In this document: piece after piece, positions 36,125-48,100 of the stretch
How positions within the stretch are numbered: position 1 is the first letter of the stretch
How the letters are laid out: every line of letters starts with the position of its first letter
IMG/VR virus record: IMGVR_UViG_3300030708_002798
Length of the DNA stretch: 64,000 nucleotides
DNA from: a virus
Taxonomy: Duplodnaviria > Caudoviricetes
Strand: one strand, 5' to 3'
Translations under genes and position numbers: made by a program
Notes under the pieces: model-generated
What the model was told of the DNA's origin: nothing
The model's input: only the letters and a program-made list of their open reading frames with translations
Databases searched by the model: none

Positions 36125-37927
36125 TTATTCGTGTGAAAAATTGATTCCCTCAAGAGTTACACCTTCTACGAAAGGAATATCATTATTTGCATATGGGTTA
36201 TAAAGAATTCTTGGTTCTGAACCTCTCAATGAAAAAGAACTTCCCCAATAATTGGATTGAGTAAAATCTGGCTCAGTATCTCTCATTTCTGCTTTAACAG
36301 TTCCATGTTCTAATAACCAATTTCTGGCATCAACTCTGGTTGCATCTGGATTCAATTCAAGGAATAATGCTACAACACCAGTTACATTTGGTGCTGCCAT
36401 ACTTGTTCCTTGTAAGTATTGATTATGGAAATTTGTATCTCTTGGATCATCGTATCCACTATAGTATGGAGATAAAATTTCACCACCTGCAGCAAATACA
36501 TCAGTTCTTGGACCCCTATTAGTATAATCATCTGCGGTTTCTTGACCACTTACATAATATTCTGATAAAGATCCAACACTAATTACAGCATCTGGATTTC
36601 CTTCATGTCCAACTGCTGGTGTTCCACCTCGACACCAATAAGCATCATATCCAGAACTATAATAGAATGTACCAGATACAAACTCATTATCATAATCAGG
36701 ACCACCTATAGTATCTTGCTTGAATTTTGAATTACCAGCAGAACATATAAAAATTACATCTTGACAATCTGGATCATCTAGAAGTTCATCCATTGTAGTC
36801 TGACCACTTGTTCTTCTAGTAGTAAATTCAAAATAAGAACCATTTCTATCAAGATAATATATTGAATTATATGCTTCACCAAGATATTCATCTCCACCGT
36901 CAGTATAGGTGGTTCCTCTAAATGTTGCACTAGAAGATAAATCTTCTCTTACAAATTGTCTGTGACCCCAACTGCAATTTACGATTGTAGGATTCCTCTT
37001 TCCAGTTTCTGGATTGATTGGTTTATTTTTATGCCATACACGAATGTAGTCAAATCCATCAGATGGTTCTGCCCAACCAACGTCAGAACGGTCTACACAA
37101 GCAATAGACCAAATATTTGCTTCAAATGCTGCACCAAATTGATTGCCAGCAGCAGTTCCTCCAACGTGAGATCCATGGTATCTATTGGTAGGCATACTAG
37201 ATCCTAATACTCTTGAAGTAGTATAGTTTGTGTATGGAGATGATCCTGGAGGAGTTAATCCTTCATCTGCCCATGTAAATCCATATTCTTCTGGACCATG
37301 TAGCAAAATATCTCTAACTCTAGTGCTATTCTTATCAACAAAAGTATCCACACCAGGTTTTAAGAATTCTGGATGATCCCAACGGACTCCAGTATCCATA
37401 ATGACAACATCAACATTCTTACCAGTTAGTTTATACTTAACATCTTGAGTTTCATTTACCTCAGATCCAAATGGATCAACTCGGTAACCATGTCGATGTA
37501 AACCCCACTGAGTGAAGTTTAATGTTGCACCTGGACTACCAGAAGCTCTTAAATTATTTACATCATATTTAAATCTAAATGCATCAGAATGATTATCAAA
37601 TTCTTCATCAAGTTTTCTTTGCTCAAGGCAAGTTGGATTGTAGATAGAAGACTCTTCAACCCATGCAACTTTAGGATGCTGTTTTAAAACTTCTGCTTCT
37701 TCTACAGACATTTGATAAACAGATCTCTTCTCAGAGAATGGCATCTCTGCAGTACAATCTATTCTTCTATTTGGAATTCCATCAATCTCATTCTCGTTAA
37801 TAATATAATCATGTATCTCCTGCCAATATGCAGGATGTTTAACTGCTACAGTAAAAGCTTGGGGTTCGTTATTAGGAATATCACTAATAACTACTACCCT
37901 TCCAGATTCTGCTACTTCGGTATGCAT
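36125..37927 (-). CDS. Subtilisin-like S8 serine protease
   Basis: Intact catalytic motifs VVIMDTG, YHGSHVGGTAAG, SAGN, GTSMAAPNV; N-terminal propeptide-like region. Confidence 0.9.
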   Translation of the reverse strand: MHTEVAESGRVVVISDIPNNEPQAFTVAVKHPAYWQEIHDYIINENEIDGIPNRRIDCTAEMPFSEKRSVYQMSVEEAEVLKQHPKVAWVEESSIYNPTCLEQRKLDEEFDNHSDAFRFKYDVNNLRASGSPGATLNFTQWGLHRHGYRVDPFGSEVNETQDVKYKLTGKNVDVVIMDTGVRWDHPEFLKPGVDTFVDKNSTRVRDILLHGPEEYGFTWADEGLTPPGSSPYTNYTTSRVLGSSMPTNRYHGSHVGGTAAGNQFGAAFEANIWSIACVDRSDVGWAEPSDGFDYIRVWHKNKPINPETGKRNPTIVNCSWGHRQFVREDLSSSATFRGTTYTDGGDEYLGEAYNSIYYLDRNGSYFEFTTRRTSGQTTMDELLDDPDCQDVIFICSAGNSKFKQDTIGGPDYDNEFVSGTFYYSSGYDAYWCRGGTPAVGHEGNPDAVISVGSLSEYYVSGQETADDYTNRGPRTDVFAAGGEILSPYYSGYDDPRDTNFHNQYLQGTSMAAPNVTGVVALFLELNPDATRVDARNWLLEHGTVKAEMRDTEPDFTQSNYWGSSFSLRGSEPRILYNPYANNDIPFVEGVTLEGINFSHE

Positions 37928-40900
37928 TAGATCATTGTCTCCCTAGTGTATCTATAAGTAACAACTCCACTTACTCCAGTTTCTGGTGTCCACTCAAGTT
38001 CCACATTACCAGACTTAACTGTTGCACCTACAGAAACTAAAAGGTCATTACTAGACATAATTCCATATTCTTGTGCGTATGCAGTTGTTCCGTCATCCAT
38101 GACGAGAACTTTTTGTGACTGAATACCAGAAGAATGTTGGAAGAATAATGTATATTCTGCATTTACAAAGTCTGCAACAGCATAAGTGTTTGCTGTATAT
38201 GCAACACCAGCAGTAGCAGTGAATGTTCCAGATCCAGTCTCAATACCATATACATCATTAACTTGAACTGATGTAATTGGATTGGTTGTACCTAGACCAA
38301 CATGAGCTGCAGTGGTATGAATACCAGCATTTGTCTGCTCATTATTAAAGTATCCAGTACCAGTTCCACCTCCTCCACCACCTTGTGCAGCAGCAGGAGC
38401 CCAACTAGAACCATTCCAAGTTAGAACATCATTGTTACTTGGTGTATCTGTGGTTACATTGGTTAGTTCACTTAATTCTGATCCAGTATCTAATAACTGT
38501 ACCCAGTTACCTCCATGTGCAAAGAATCCATGACCTTCAGAATGAACGTGTGCAAATGCACCATGATAAGTTGAAGCACTTGGAAGATCACCAGTAGTAC
38601 TGAATAGTGCAGGTAAGAGGTTCCCTGTGCTAGCACCTCTAACTTGACCAACAAATGTGGTGATACCACCAACATTTAGATCATCAGTGATATCGATACT
38701 TGATTCTGCTTCAATATTATTAACAAAGGTAGAAACACCATTGATACGGAGACTACCTGTAATATTAATATTACCAGATCCGTTAATTGTTTTAGAATTC
38801 AGATCTAAATTACCACCAAGTTGTGGAGTTTCATCTTCAATAATATCGGAGTTAGATCCTGCAGTAATTGTACAAATACCACCAGAAAGTGCAGATACTG
38901 TTAGATTAGATCCAAAGTTGACAGTAGCAGCAGTACCAACAGCAGAATCATTATCTCTGACTTCAATACCAGATCCAACCGCAGTAATACCAGTTAGTCC
39001 AGAACCATCACCAACAAATGACGATGCAGTAACACTACCCGCAGAACGATCAAGTGTGATGTTGCTACCGACTACAAAGTTACCCTCATCAACTCTGACA
39101 GTACCACTTCCACCACCACCTTTTAGTGAGACACCTGAAGAAGAAGCAGAACCACCATCAATAGTCAGTCCATCACCATTTCCAAGGAAAATATTTGGTC
39201 GTGATGTTTGCTCACCACCACCAATGAGGTACATAGATCCCGCGAGAGAACTAAGTTTTCCAGTAGAAGAGAATGAGAATGCATCTTGAATATGAACTCT
39301 ACGATTAGTTGCTGCATCAATATCAACATCTTCACCAGAAGAACTGGTAATTAGTCCAACGTAAAGGGTAGTTGTAGTTGTAACACCAGAGACATCAAGT
39401 CCTCCAGTAATATCAACACCACTTATTACTGTTTCAAATTTCTTAGAATCATCATAATATAGTTCTACAGAACCATCACCATTGAAGACTGCCATGTCTT
39501 CATTGGTATATTTTTGAATCTTGACTGTTGGATTTGCTCTAATCTCAATACCACCATCTCCAACATCATCAATTCTACTTACTGATCCACTATGATAGAT
39601 GCGTAAATCATTACCTGCACCAAGTTGAATTTCATCACTATCACCAAGATTGATATTAGATTGGAAATTGACTTCTCCCTGATGTGTAGTTACACCAGAA
39701 ATAATCTGACCAGTCGCACTAATAATACCAACGTTTGATAGTTGACCAGTAGATGGATTATATTGTAACTTCTGTCCTAAATCGTATCTATTATAAGTAT
39801 GCCCACCTTGAGTTGGATCAAGGAACATTGCGATTGTATAATCGTCACTGTTACTTACACCAGCAGTATAAACTTTATGCTGACCTATTAGATCACCATC
39901 AAAACTAGTTGCAGTTACAACACCAGTAACATCAATACCTTCATTATCAATCGTTACTGCTGTTCCTACCTTAACTAGATCATTATCACCATCTAGTGTA
40001 ATGCTAGAGGAACCAACCGTCAGAATTCCAGTGATTCTTGCATCACCATTAACCCACAGTTGTGTACCAGCAGCACCTACAGCACCAATTTCTGTTTGGA
40101 ATCTTGGATTAGTTGTACCTAGACCAACTACAGTTGCTACTGTATGAATACCTGCAATAGATTGATCATCATTAAAGAAACCACCAGTACCACCTTGCTG
40201 ACCAGTGATTGTAGTAATACCACCAGAAGTTGTTAGGGTGATGAAATCACCTGCTTTAATAAGTGTGGTGATACCAGTTAGATTTCCACCATCACCTGCA
40301 AATTCTGTTGCAGTGACGACACCTGTTAGATTTATATTACCTGTGCCAAAAATATCATTACCTAAAACTTCTAAGTTGCCACCTAACTGTGGTGATGGGT
40401 CAGAGATAACGTCTGATAGACCACCAGAGTCGATGTGTACGGTAACTAGACCTGCTTTACCATCAAGAGTAACACCAAGACCAACAAAGTCAAAAATAGT
40501 TATTTGACTAGGAGTACCACTAGCAACACCTGCTTTTCTTGCTGTAATACCTGTAATACCAGTATTGCCAGTTCCTACAGTATTTTGACCATGAGCAATA
40601 ATTTCAATCTCTTCATCACCAAATGCTGCTGCAAATAATGTGATAGATCCACCACCAGTATCGATAGAATAATCACCTACTGTTTGCTTAACACCATCAA
40701 TGTAGACACTGGTGTTATCTTGAGATGAAAGTACGAAATCTGGGAAAGTACCTGATGCAGGAACTCTTGTCTGTGATGCTGCAAGTGAATATCTAACGAC
40801 TTGTCTAGCAACTGGAAAAGATTCCCATTCCCATCCATCACCAGTGGATTTTAAATATTGATTGGCAATACCACTGGTTCCAGCAATACCTGCATTAATT

Positions 40901-41055
40901 AGAGCACCACCAAGTTTAGAATCACCACGAACTTCTAATGGAAACTCTGGTTTGGCAGTATTAATACCAACTCGGTTAAGATTATCGTCTGCGTAAAGTA
41001 GCTCTTCTGCAACTTCAAGACCATTACGAACAACGAAATTCTTGTTAATACCCAT
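37927..41055 (-). CDS. Tail fibre protein
   Basis: KNFVVRNGL start, GLGTTNP repeats, two PQLGGNL units, ELYYDD.KKFET module. Confidence 0.75.
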   Translation of the reverse strand: MGINKNFVVRNGLEVAEELLYADDNLNRVGINTAKPEFPLEVRGDSKLGGALINAGIAGTSGIANQYLKSTGDGWEWESFPVARQVVRYSLAASQTRVPASGTFPDFVLSSQDNTSVYIDGVKQTVGDYSIDTGGGSITLFAAAFGDEEIEIIAHGQNTVGTGNTGITGITARKAGVASGTPSQITIFDFVGLGVTLDGKAGLVTVHIDSGGLSDVISDPSPQLGGNLEVLGNDIFGTGNINLTGVVTATEFAGDGGNLTGITTLIKAGDFITLTTSGGITTITGQQGGTGGFFNDDQSIAGIHTVATVVGLGTTNPRFQTEIGAVGAAGTQLWVNGDARITGILTVGSSSITLDGDNDLVKVGTAVTIDNEGIDVTGVVTATSFDGDLIGQHKVYTAGVSNSDDYTIAMFLDPTQGGHTYNRYDLGQKLQYNPSTGQLSNVGIISATGQIISGVTTHQGEVNFQSNINLGDSDEIQLGAGNDLRIYHSGSVSRIDDVGDGGIEIRANPTVKIQKYTNEDMAVFNGDGSVELYYDDSKKFETVISGVDITGGLDVSGVTTTTTLYVGLITSSSGEDVDIDAATNRRVHIQDAFSFSSTGKLSSLAGSMYLIGGGEQTSRPNIFLGNGDGLTIDGGSASSSGVSLKGGGGSGTVRVDEGNFVVGSNITLDRSAGSVTASSFVGDGSGLTGITAVGSGIEVRDNDSAVGTAATVNFGSNLTVSALSGGICTITAGSNSDIIEDETPQLGGNLDLNSKTINGSGNINITGSLRINGVSTFVNNIEAESSIDITDDLNVGGITTFVGQVRGASTGNLLPALFSTTGDLPSASTYHGAFAHVHSEGHGFFAHGGNWVQLLDTGSELSELTNVTTDTPSNNDVLTWNGSSWAPAAAQGGGGGGTGTGYFNNEQTNAGIHTTAAHVGLGTTNPITSVQVNDVYGIETGSGTFTATAGVAYTANTYAVADFVNAEYTLFFQHSSGIQSQKVLVMDDGTTAYAQEYGIMSSNDLLVSVGATVKSGNVELEWTPETGVSGVVTYRYTRETMI

Positions 41056-41099
41056 TTGTTCTCCTGAGGTTCACTATCCCCTCATATTTTTACTACCTA

Positions 41100-41106
41100 T
41101 ATTTAT
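41100..41106 (-). promoter_or_regulatory. T4-type late promoter
   Basis: ATAAATA upstream of 41055. Confidence 0.5.
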
Positions 41107-41117
41107 TCGGGTAAAAA

Positions 41118-44100
41118 TTAGAACTGATTTGGGAAATTATTACCGCAGTTATCTTTCAAGTTGTAATTTGATCTACTATGATCTCGATCGATCTTACTTC
41201 TCAAATTACTCAAGTTTGGATAATTGGATGGTTGATTTTTGAATAGATTATAATAATTTGTCATCTCATTACCTGTTGGTGGTCTACCTTTATATTGCCA
41301 GAATGCACCACCAATAGTATTAATTACGTCTCTCTTAGAAGGTGTTGGGTATGAAATAGTCCATTCAATCCTTGCTTTTCCATCAGCACCTCTACCCCCA
41401 GATTCACCGTCTTCACCACCAGATCCTCCACCACCATTAGCACTACCATCAGCACCAGATTGTCCACCTCTCTTGCAATTATTACCACTACATCCACCAC
41501 CTAGAGTAGATCCTTGACCTCTTCCTCCACTTTCACCACCACCACAATCACCACCGTTTTGACATTGACCACCAGTAACTCTTCCAGCACCACCACCATG
41601 GCCACCTTCATCTCTTCGACGACCTCCGCCGCCACCACCGTCTCCAGTTCTTAAACCACTTACACCAGAGCCACTACCGTCTCCGCCTCCACCACCTTCG
41701 GATTCATCACCTTTTTTACCACCAGATGCATCAACATTTTTGCCATGACCAGAAATTCTAGTTCTTCCTCCATCATCACCAGATCCACCCGATCCTCTAT
41801 CAGTATTAGATCCATTACCACCACGACCTACTGAAATTTCATATCTCTGACCAGCAGAACAAGAGAAATTACCCATAGCAGCACCTCCGCCGCCACCACC
41901 ACCAGCTCCACCATCAGGACCTCTTCTTCCTCTATTCTTACCAGCACCTCCGCCAGCACCAATTACTTTACCAGTAAATGAAGAAACACCACCAGGTACT
42001 GTCCATTCATGATTTCCTGCACTGAAAGTTTGACTATTTGATTGATTATTTCCTGATCTAGAAATTCTTCCAGATCCAGAATTAAATCTACGACAAAGCA
42101 TAGAATTTACACCATTACCAACACCTCTTCTCCTATCAATAGTACAACCATCTAGAGATAAAGTATTATTTTCAACAGTACAATTTAGAGTTCTTACTCT
42201 ACATGTATCTGATACTCTATTAGATCCACTACCAATACGTAATGAACCATCAACTGCAGTATTAAAATTACTAGATGCTCTGATTGTTATTCTTAAAGAA
42301 TTGCCACTAGTTCCGTTCTGAACAGTTTTACTTGTAGTTCCATCAGAGAAAGTAGAATTAACAGCAGTTGCAGTAACAGTTACTCCAGGTGACAGGCCAG
42401 TTAATCTAGTTGAATTACCCCATCTTGGTGTAGCATTATGCGTTGAGTTTCTATCAACACCAGTAATGTTATCAGGATTTAATGTAAAATTATCACATCT
42501 CACGTCATCAGTAGCAGTAACAGTGACACTAGAACTCCGAGTTATTCCTTCAGTATCTTCTACAGTAATACCATAAGTAGTTGATCCTCTTGCTGGAGTT
42601 ATTGTAGTACTTCCATTTAAATTATTTCTACCAACACTAAATCCAGAACCACTAGTTGATTTGACAAAGCTTGCAAAACTAGATTCCCACGTAAGAGTAA
42701 TTGATTGACCTGTAGTAATACTCGTTGAAGATGCTGTTAGTCTAATAAATGGATCTAGATTAATTGTATGAGTTGCTGATGCTGTCGCAGGATTTTGACC
42801 AGCACCAATAGCAGTTACAGTGAATGACTGATTATCAGTTTGTAAATTATTTACTCTAACACTACCATTTTGTTGGTTTCCTGTAGATAAATCATTTGAT
42901 TCTACACGAATAGCATTATTAGATTTGAAGAAGAATGTAACATTGTCTCCTTTTGCTTTTGATGTAGTGTTGGAACAAGTAGCAGTATTTGAAGTACACA
43001 ACGATACTGTTGGATTTGGTGGAGTACCTGTAATGACAGAAACTGTTCTCGTTACAGATCCTGTAGAATTACTGACAGTCATACTAAATTCCCGAGTACC
43101 TGTCTGTAAGTTTGAAACTACTTGAGATCCATTTCTTACACCACTGGTAAGAGTATTAACAGGAATTGTTGTGACACCAAAGTTTGTAGTAACGGAAGAC
43201 TGTGTTACATTATTATATTCATACCGCAATGTTGCAGTACCACCATCAGGGAAAACAAATGGTACATTTCTATTTGCAGCATCAAGAGTTAAAGTTGGTA
43301 GTGGTGGTGCCTTAGGACCCACTGTCCAATCAGCTTGTCTTGACGTATTATATGAAGATGATAATGTAACCGTTGTTGTTCTCGTTTGATCAAAATATGG
43401 AACAACCATTCTAACTTGAATTTCATCACCAATTTGAATATTACTTAGTGATGTCCCTTGATCATTTGTTCTTAGATTTTTTAGTGTTGAGTTTGCATTT
43501 GATGTACTACATGACATACCACAGTCAAAATCAAATCCTGTTGCAATAAATGTGGTTGTAGCAGTTACGCCAGGATTATAGTTACTTGCAGGATTAGTAT
43601 CTTTGGTTATATTTGTTAGTGAGAATGCTGTAATATTACAAAATCTTTGTGCAGAAGTTACGTTCCATGTATCAGAAGCAGAACCAGCAACTCCGTTAAG
43701 ATTGGATGAAGTATCTGTACCAGCAATGGTGAATGTTGCAGAAACTGCACCTAAAGAGTCTGCTGATGCTCTAAGTCTTAATTGTATTTGATCACCTAAT
43801 CTTACAAATCTAGATGCATTACCCCAATCATGAACTACACTTCCACCTCTTGTTACTTTGAATTCTGCATTTACACCAGATGCTGAAGAAATAGTTGCTT
43901 CACCTTCATCACCTTCACCAGTCATACCAGCAAGAGTAATTACATTACTGGTAATTATTGATTGACGTTGAATGCCCTGACCACTTTGATCGTTAAATGT
44001 AAAACCAGTTGGAATAGTATCAATTGGTCTAGGTCTATTTGTTACTGAATATGTGTCAGACTGGTTTGAAATCGTTACTAGTGCATTTACAGTAGATTCT

Positions 44101-45125
44101 TCTCCAGATACTAGAGCACCAGTTCGGGAATTTGCACCAGAATATGCTGAAGATGATGTTACTCGTATATCAATTTCATCACCGTTATTAACGAAACCAT
44201 TAGCACTAGTGAAGTCTTGAACTACACCACCACCCCTGGTAATTCTATACTCACCATTTGTAACACTAATTGGTAGTGGGTTGTTGCCTCCGACGTTATC
44301 ATCAGCACCACTAACAGTAATCTTATTACTGATATTTACTGAACTAGGTTCTACATTAGTTACATCCGTAAATGAGAATGCGTCAATAGTTGTATCTGCT
44401 AGTCGAGTTTTTACTTCCCAAGTAGCTTGGAATACACCCATTTGAACTATAGCAGTAACACTAGTATTGTAAAAATTACTTGTGCTAACTCTTAGTTGTA
44501 ATGTATCACCATCAAAAATCTTTCCTGTTGGCGCAAAAGGACCACCGTTGATGCTTAATTCACCAGCACCAACCATAAAAACATCAACACCAATAACATC
44601 GTCAATACCAGTGACTGTTTGAACATCACTGTTTGTTAAGGTGTTAATTTCTAAGTTTGTTAAATCGTTAAAATCAAATGGATCAGGATCATCATCAAGA
44701 AGTTGAGTTCTTACGAACCAACCAACAGCATCTCTTGTTCCAATTTTAATATCTGTCGGATAAGTTTTATTAAATGCTGAACGACCAATAACAGCTGCCG
44801 CATCAGTCGTGATCTCTAATTCAATCTTATCTTTATTTCTAATAAGAATTGGATTATTGGCATCATTTCCTGGCAAGAAATCACCAGGAGTTCCATAAGT
44901 ATCAGTATCTTCTTGATAAGGAGTAACCCTAACCGATGCTGCAGATCCTACAGCAGTTACAAGAGCTTTGTAGTTAATACCTGTAATTGTTGCTGGTGCA
45001 GATGTTGCAGCAACACCAGGAAAAACTTCAACAACTTCTGTGAAATTAAATTCATCTGGAAATTCGTCAAGATTGCCTCTCCAGGCAATCTGTGAACCAG
45101 GACCCTGAGCACCGATTAAAGGCAT
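41118..45125 (-). CDS. Large fibre/adhesin with Ig-like repeats and a C-terminal glycine-rich domain
   Basis: Repeated D..PD.F.F.D/T modules; WTVPGGV...GAGGG...GGGGG Gly-rich adhesin-like region near the C-terminus. Confidence 0.7.
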   Translation of the reverse strand: MPLIGAQGPGSQIAWRGNLDEFPDEFNFTEVVEVFPGVAATSAPATITGINYKALVTAVGSAASVRVTPYQEDTDTYGTPGDFLPGNDANNPILIRNKDKIELEITTDAAAVIGRSAFNKTYPTDIKIGTRDAVGWFVRTQLLDDDPDPFDFNDLTNLEINTLTNSDVQTVTGIDDVIGVDVFMVGAGELSINGGPFAPTGKIFDGDTLQLRVSTSNFYNTSVTAIVQMGVFQATWEVKTRLADTTIDAFSFTDVTNVEPSSVNISNKITVSGADDNVGGNNPLPISVTNGEYRITRGGGVVQDFTSANGFVNNGDEIDIRVTSSSAYSGANSRTGALVSGEESTVNALVTISNQSDTYSVTNRPRPIDTIPTGFTFNDQSGQGIQRQSIITSNVITLAGMTGEGDEGEATISSASGVNAEFKVTRGGSVVHDWGNASRFVRLGDQIQLRLRASADSLGAVSATFTIAGTDTSSNLNGVAGSASDTWNVTSAQRFCNITAFSLTNITKDTNPASNYNPGVTATTTFIATGFDFDCGMSCSTSNANSTLKNLRTNDQGTSLSNIQIGDEIQVRMVVPYFDQTRTTTVTLSSSYNTSRQADWTVGPKAPPLPTLTLDAANRNVPFVFPDGGTATLRYEYNNVTQSSVTTNFGVTTIPVNTLTSGVRNGSQVVSNLQTGTREFSMTVSNSTGSVTRTVSVITGTPPNPTVSLCTSNTATCSNTTSKAKGDNVTFFFKSNNAIRVESNDLSTGNQQNGSVRVNNLQTDNQSFTVTAIGAGQNPATASATHTINLDPFIRLTASSTSITTGQSITLTWESSFASFVKSTSGSGFSVGRNNLNGSTTITPARGSTTYGITVEDTEGITRSSSVTVTATDDVRCDNFTLNPDNITGVDRNSTHNATPRWGNSTRLTGLSPGVTVTATAVNSTFSDGTTSKTVQNGTSGNSLRITIRASSNFNTAVDGSLRIGSGSNRVSDTCRVRTLNCTVENNTLSLDGCTIDRRRGVGNGVNSMLCRRFNSGSGRISRSGNNQSNSQTFSAGNHEWTVPGGVSSFTGKVIGAGGGAGKNRGRRGPDGGAGGGGGGGAAMGNFSCSAGQRYEISVGRGGNGSNTDRGSGGSGDDGGRTRISGHGKNVDASGGKKGDESEGGGGGDGSGSGVSGLRTGDGGGGGGRRRDEGGHGGGAGRVTGGQCQNGGDCGGGESGGRGQGSTLGGGCSGNNCKRGGQSGADGSANGGGGSGGEDGESGGRGADGKARIEWTISYPTPSKRDVINTIGGAFWQYKGRPPTGNEMTNYYNLFKNQPSNYPNLSNLRSKIDRDHSRSNYNLKDNCGNNFPNQF

Positions 45126-45145
45126 TTATTAGTCTCCCCCAAATA

Positions 45146-48100
45146 TTATTGATACTGTGACTGAGAATATAGAACGTCGAAATCATCGATTGGATTTCCT
45201 GTGTCGTTCTTGCGGACTATAACATATGTATATAGATCCAAACTATTGGGATTTCCCTTATTTATAGTCAGAGAACCATAATATCTTGGAGAAACTCTCA
45301 CATCATCAATATAAACTTCATTGTTATAATAAGCAGTTGGACCTTGCTTAGTAGTGATTGCAACTGTGATTGATTCTGCCAGTGTTAAGAAGTCAGTTAA
45401 TGCAGTACCAACGTTTGCTCTCATATTAACTGCCCAGTTAGCAGAAGCATCCTGAGTATAATAGTAGATTGAAGAAGCATCAAGATCTAAGTTTGCCATT
45501 GTTGCACCAACACCACCAAGGTTAATAGTGCTATTGAGTGTGGTGTTTTCAATAATTTCAAACACCTTCATGGTTCCCATGATCTCTGCATTGCCCTGAA
45601 CATACATTGCAACGTCTGGTTTGGAACTATTGGTTGTACCGAAACCTACATTACGGGAAGTATGAATACCTGTTGCATCGATTGCCCAGATATCGGACAC
45701 ATCAGTTAGACCTGAACCATCACCAGTAAATGTACCAATGAAGTATCCATTAATTTCAAATACATCTTTCTTATTAGAGATTGCACCCCAAGGATACCAA
45801 TCGTTGTCGGTTGTATAGCACCAACCAGCATTCTGACCTTTGAATGGGTTACCGTTAAAGATAATGTCACCTGGGTTACCTGCACCCACACCTGTCAGTT
45901 CAATAGCAGATGTTGGTTGTGTAACACCTACAGTATACTTTCTAGATACAGTCTCTTCACCTTGTAGGAATAGATCAGGTGTCTCAACACCTTTATTAGA
46001 AGTAACAGTTAGTTTGTTGTTGAGAATAACTGGACCATCAAATTGTGAGATAGTTGTCTTATCTTCACCACCATCAACTCTAATAGCATCTGATAGATTA
46101 ATTTCGGATGCCTTGACTACATTGAAACCAAGTTTTGTATTTGGTACAGACTTGGATTCTCCTCTATATCTTGGACGTGGAGTGGAGAATACTTCTTCTT
46201 CACCTGCAGTAGTGATAACTCTCTTGTTAGAGATATAGAAATCACCATCACTATTCATGCCAGTGTAAACAACAAATCCACCTTCTTCCTGGAATGACTG
46301 AGATAGAACTTCTTCTGCTGCACTAATTTGACGATCTTGACGATCGGGGAATGCAGATGAGTAGTTACCAGGTCCATAACCTAGATATTCAAATGTATGT
46401 CCAGATGCACGGATAATGGAGTGTCTTCTGAATTCAATTGGTTTAGCAATGATTCTTCTGAAGACTGTATTGATTAGGTGAGATGATGCTTCTGTTCCTA
46501 GGAGACCACGATAAACAATAACTGGATTACCAGTTACAGTTTGTTTAACTCTCATAATCTCATCATCAACTACGATATAATCACCAATAGTTAGATCTAG
46601 ATCATCTAGATCAGTGATGTTAATCTGATCATCGGTTTTAGTAACTGCCGAAGCAAGTTCACCTTGAAGATTGCCGTATTGATAAGAAATTCTGCTGCTA
46701 AAGCTTTCATCACCTGTAGTAATGTCTCCACCTTTTGCGGAGAGACCAGACTGATAAACATAAGGTGAACCACCTGCAAGAATGTCCTCAGTAGCAACAC
46801 CAACATTAACAGTTAGTTGATCTAGGTTATTGGCATCAACTTTAGTAACTAGATATCCACCATTGAATACGGAACTTACTCCAGTATAACCACCTATGAA
46901 TACTTTCTCATTTACCTGCAATCCGTGTCTAGAACTTAATGTTAGTGTACTAATACCAGTAGCAGGTGTAAAGTTAGTAGCATTAATCAACCAGGTCTGA
47001 CCATCGACAGTGGCATGTGCAAGATCAGCATTTCTAATGCCAATACCAATTTCAGTAGATCCTAATCCAACTGGTGCTGATGATACAACATCAAATTGTT
47101 TTGTTTGTCCTACATTAATATCAGTAATTCTATAGGTTTGATTATATTCTTTATAAAGATCACTAACTCTATCAATACTAACAGCATCACCTAGGTTACT
47201 ATAAACTTTAGTAACTCTGACTGTACCAGCAACATGACCAGAGGAAGAAGTGGCAATACCAACAACAGATAGAGTATTACCTACACCATAAGCAGAACCA
47301 CCGTCAATGATTTCAACACTAACCATAGTTCCTGCAGAAGAAACTTGAACTCTTGCAGTTGCATGATCACCAGTTGTGGAATTTGCATATCCAACCAATT
47401 CTGCATTGTATAGGTTTTCAGTAACACCAATACCAGAACCATAGTTTACACCAGGATCTGTAATTTCAACTTCAACAATTCTATTGAGACCATGATCTTC
47501 GTCTGTGAAGATTGTATGTCTTTCATTATTAACATCATCAGTTAGGATATCAGTAACACCAAAACCTACACCATGATCAATTTGGTTTGCAATAATAGTC
47601 TCTTTTGTAAGACTCTTCTCTGGATCATTAATTACAACCTTACCAATAGGATCTGCAACAGCATAAGATCTTGCAGCATCTGGGTCAGAGTTTGGATTAT
47701 CTCTGTCATATTCAGGATAGAGATTATCTAGTGGTTGTAGTAGTTTTACGTTTGTGAATGGTGAAACTGATGGTTTGTTGGAAGAATTGATAACAGTAAC
47801 ATGATAAACACCATCTTGCTCGTTCTGAACATATGGTTGAATTTCATCAGATTTGTATACAACAAATGTTCCACCATGCTTTTTCTTCTTAAGTTTTGGT
47901 AGATCCTGATTACGAGTATCAGTATCACTAGTAAAGTCACCAGGATTTGACTTAATATCAACTTTAAATTCTTTTCTACTTACAATAGAATCGACGGTAA
48001 ATGTGCCATTGAAACCTCTATTTGCCGTGCCTGTAGTATTGAGTCCACTATAAACATCAGTAATTTCGACTTGAGAACCAACAGTTAGACTGTGTGGTAG

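Noticed and set aside
38657-39289. 210-aa plus-strand Pro/Ser/Thr-rich ORF and similar ones opposite the fibre genes
   Set aside because: Expected antisense readout of Gly/Thr/Val-rich structural genes.
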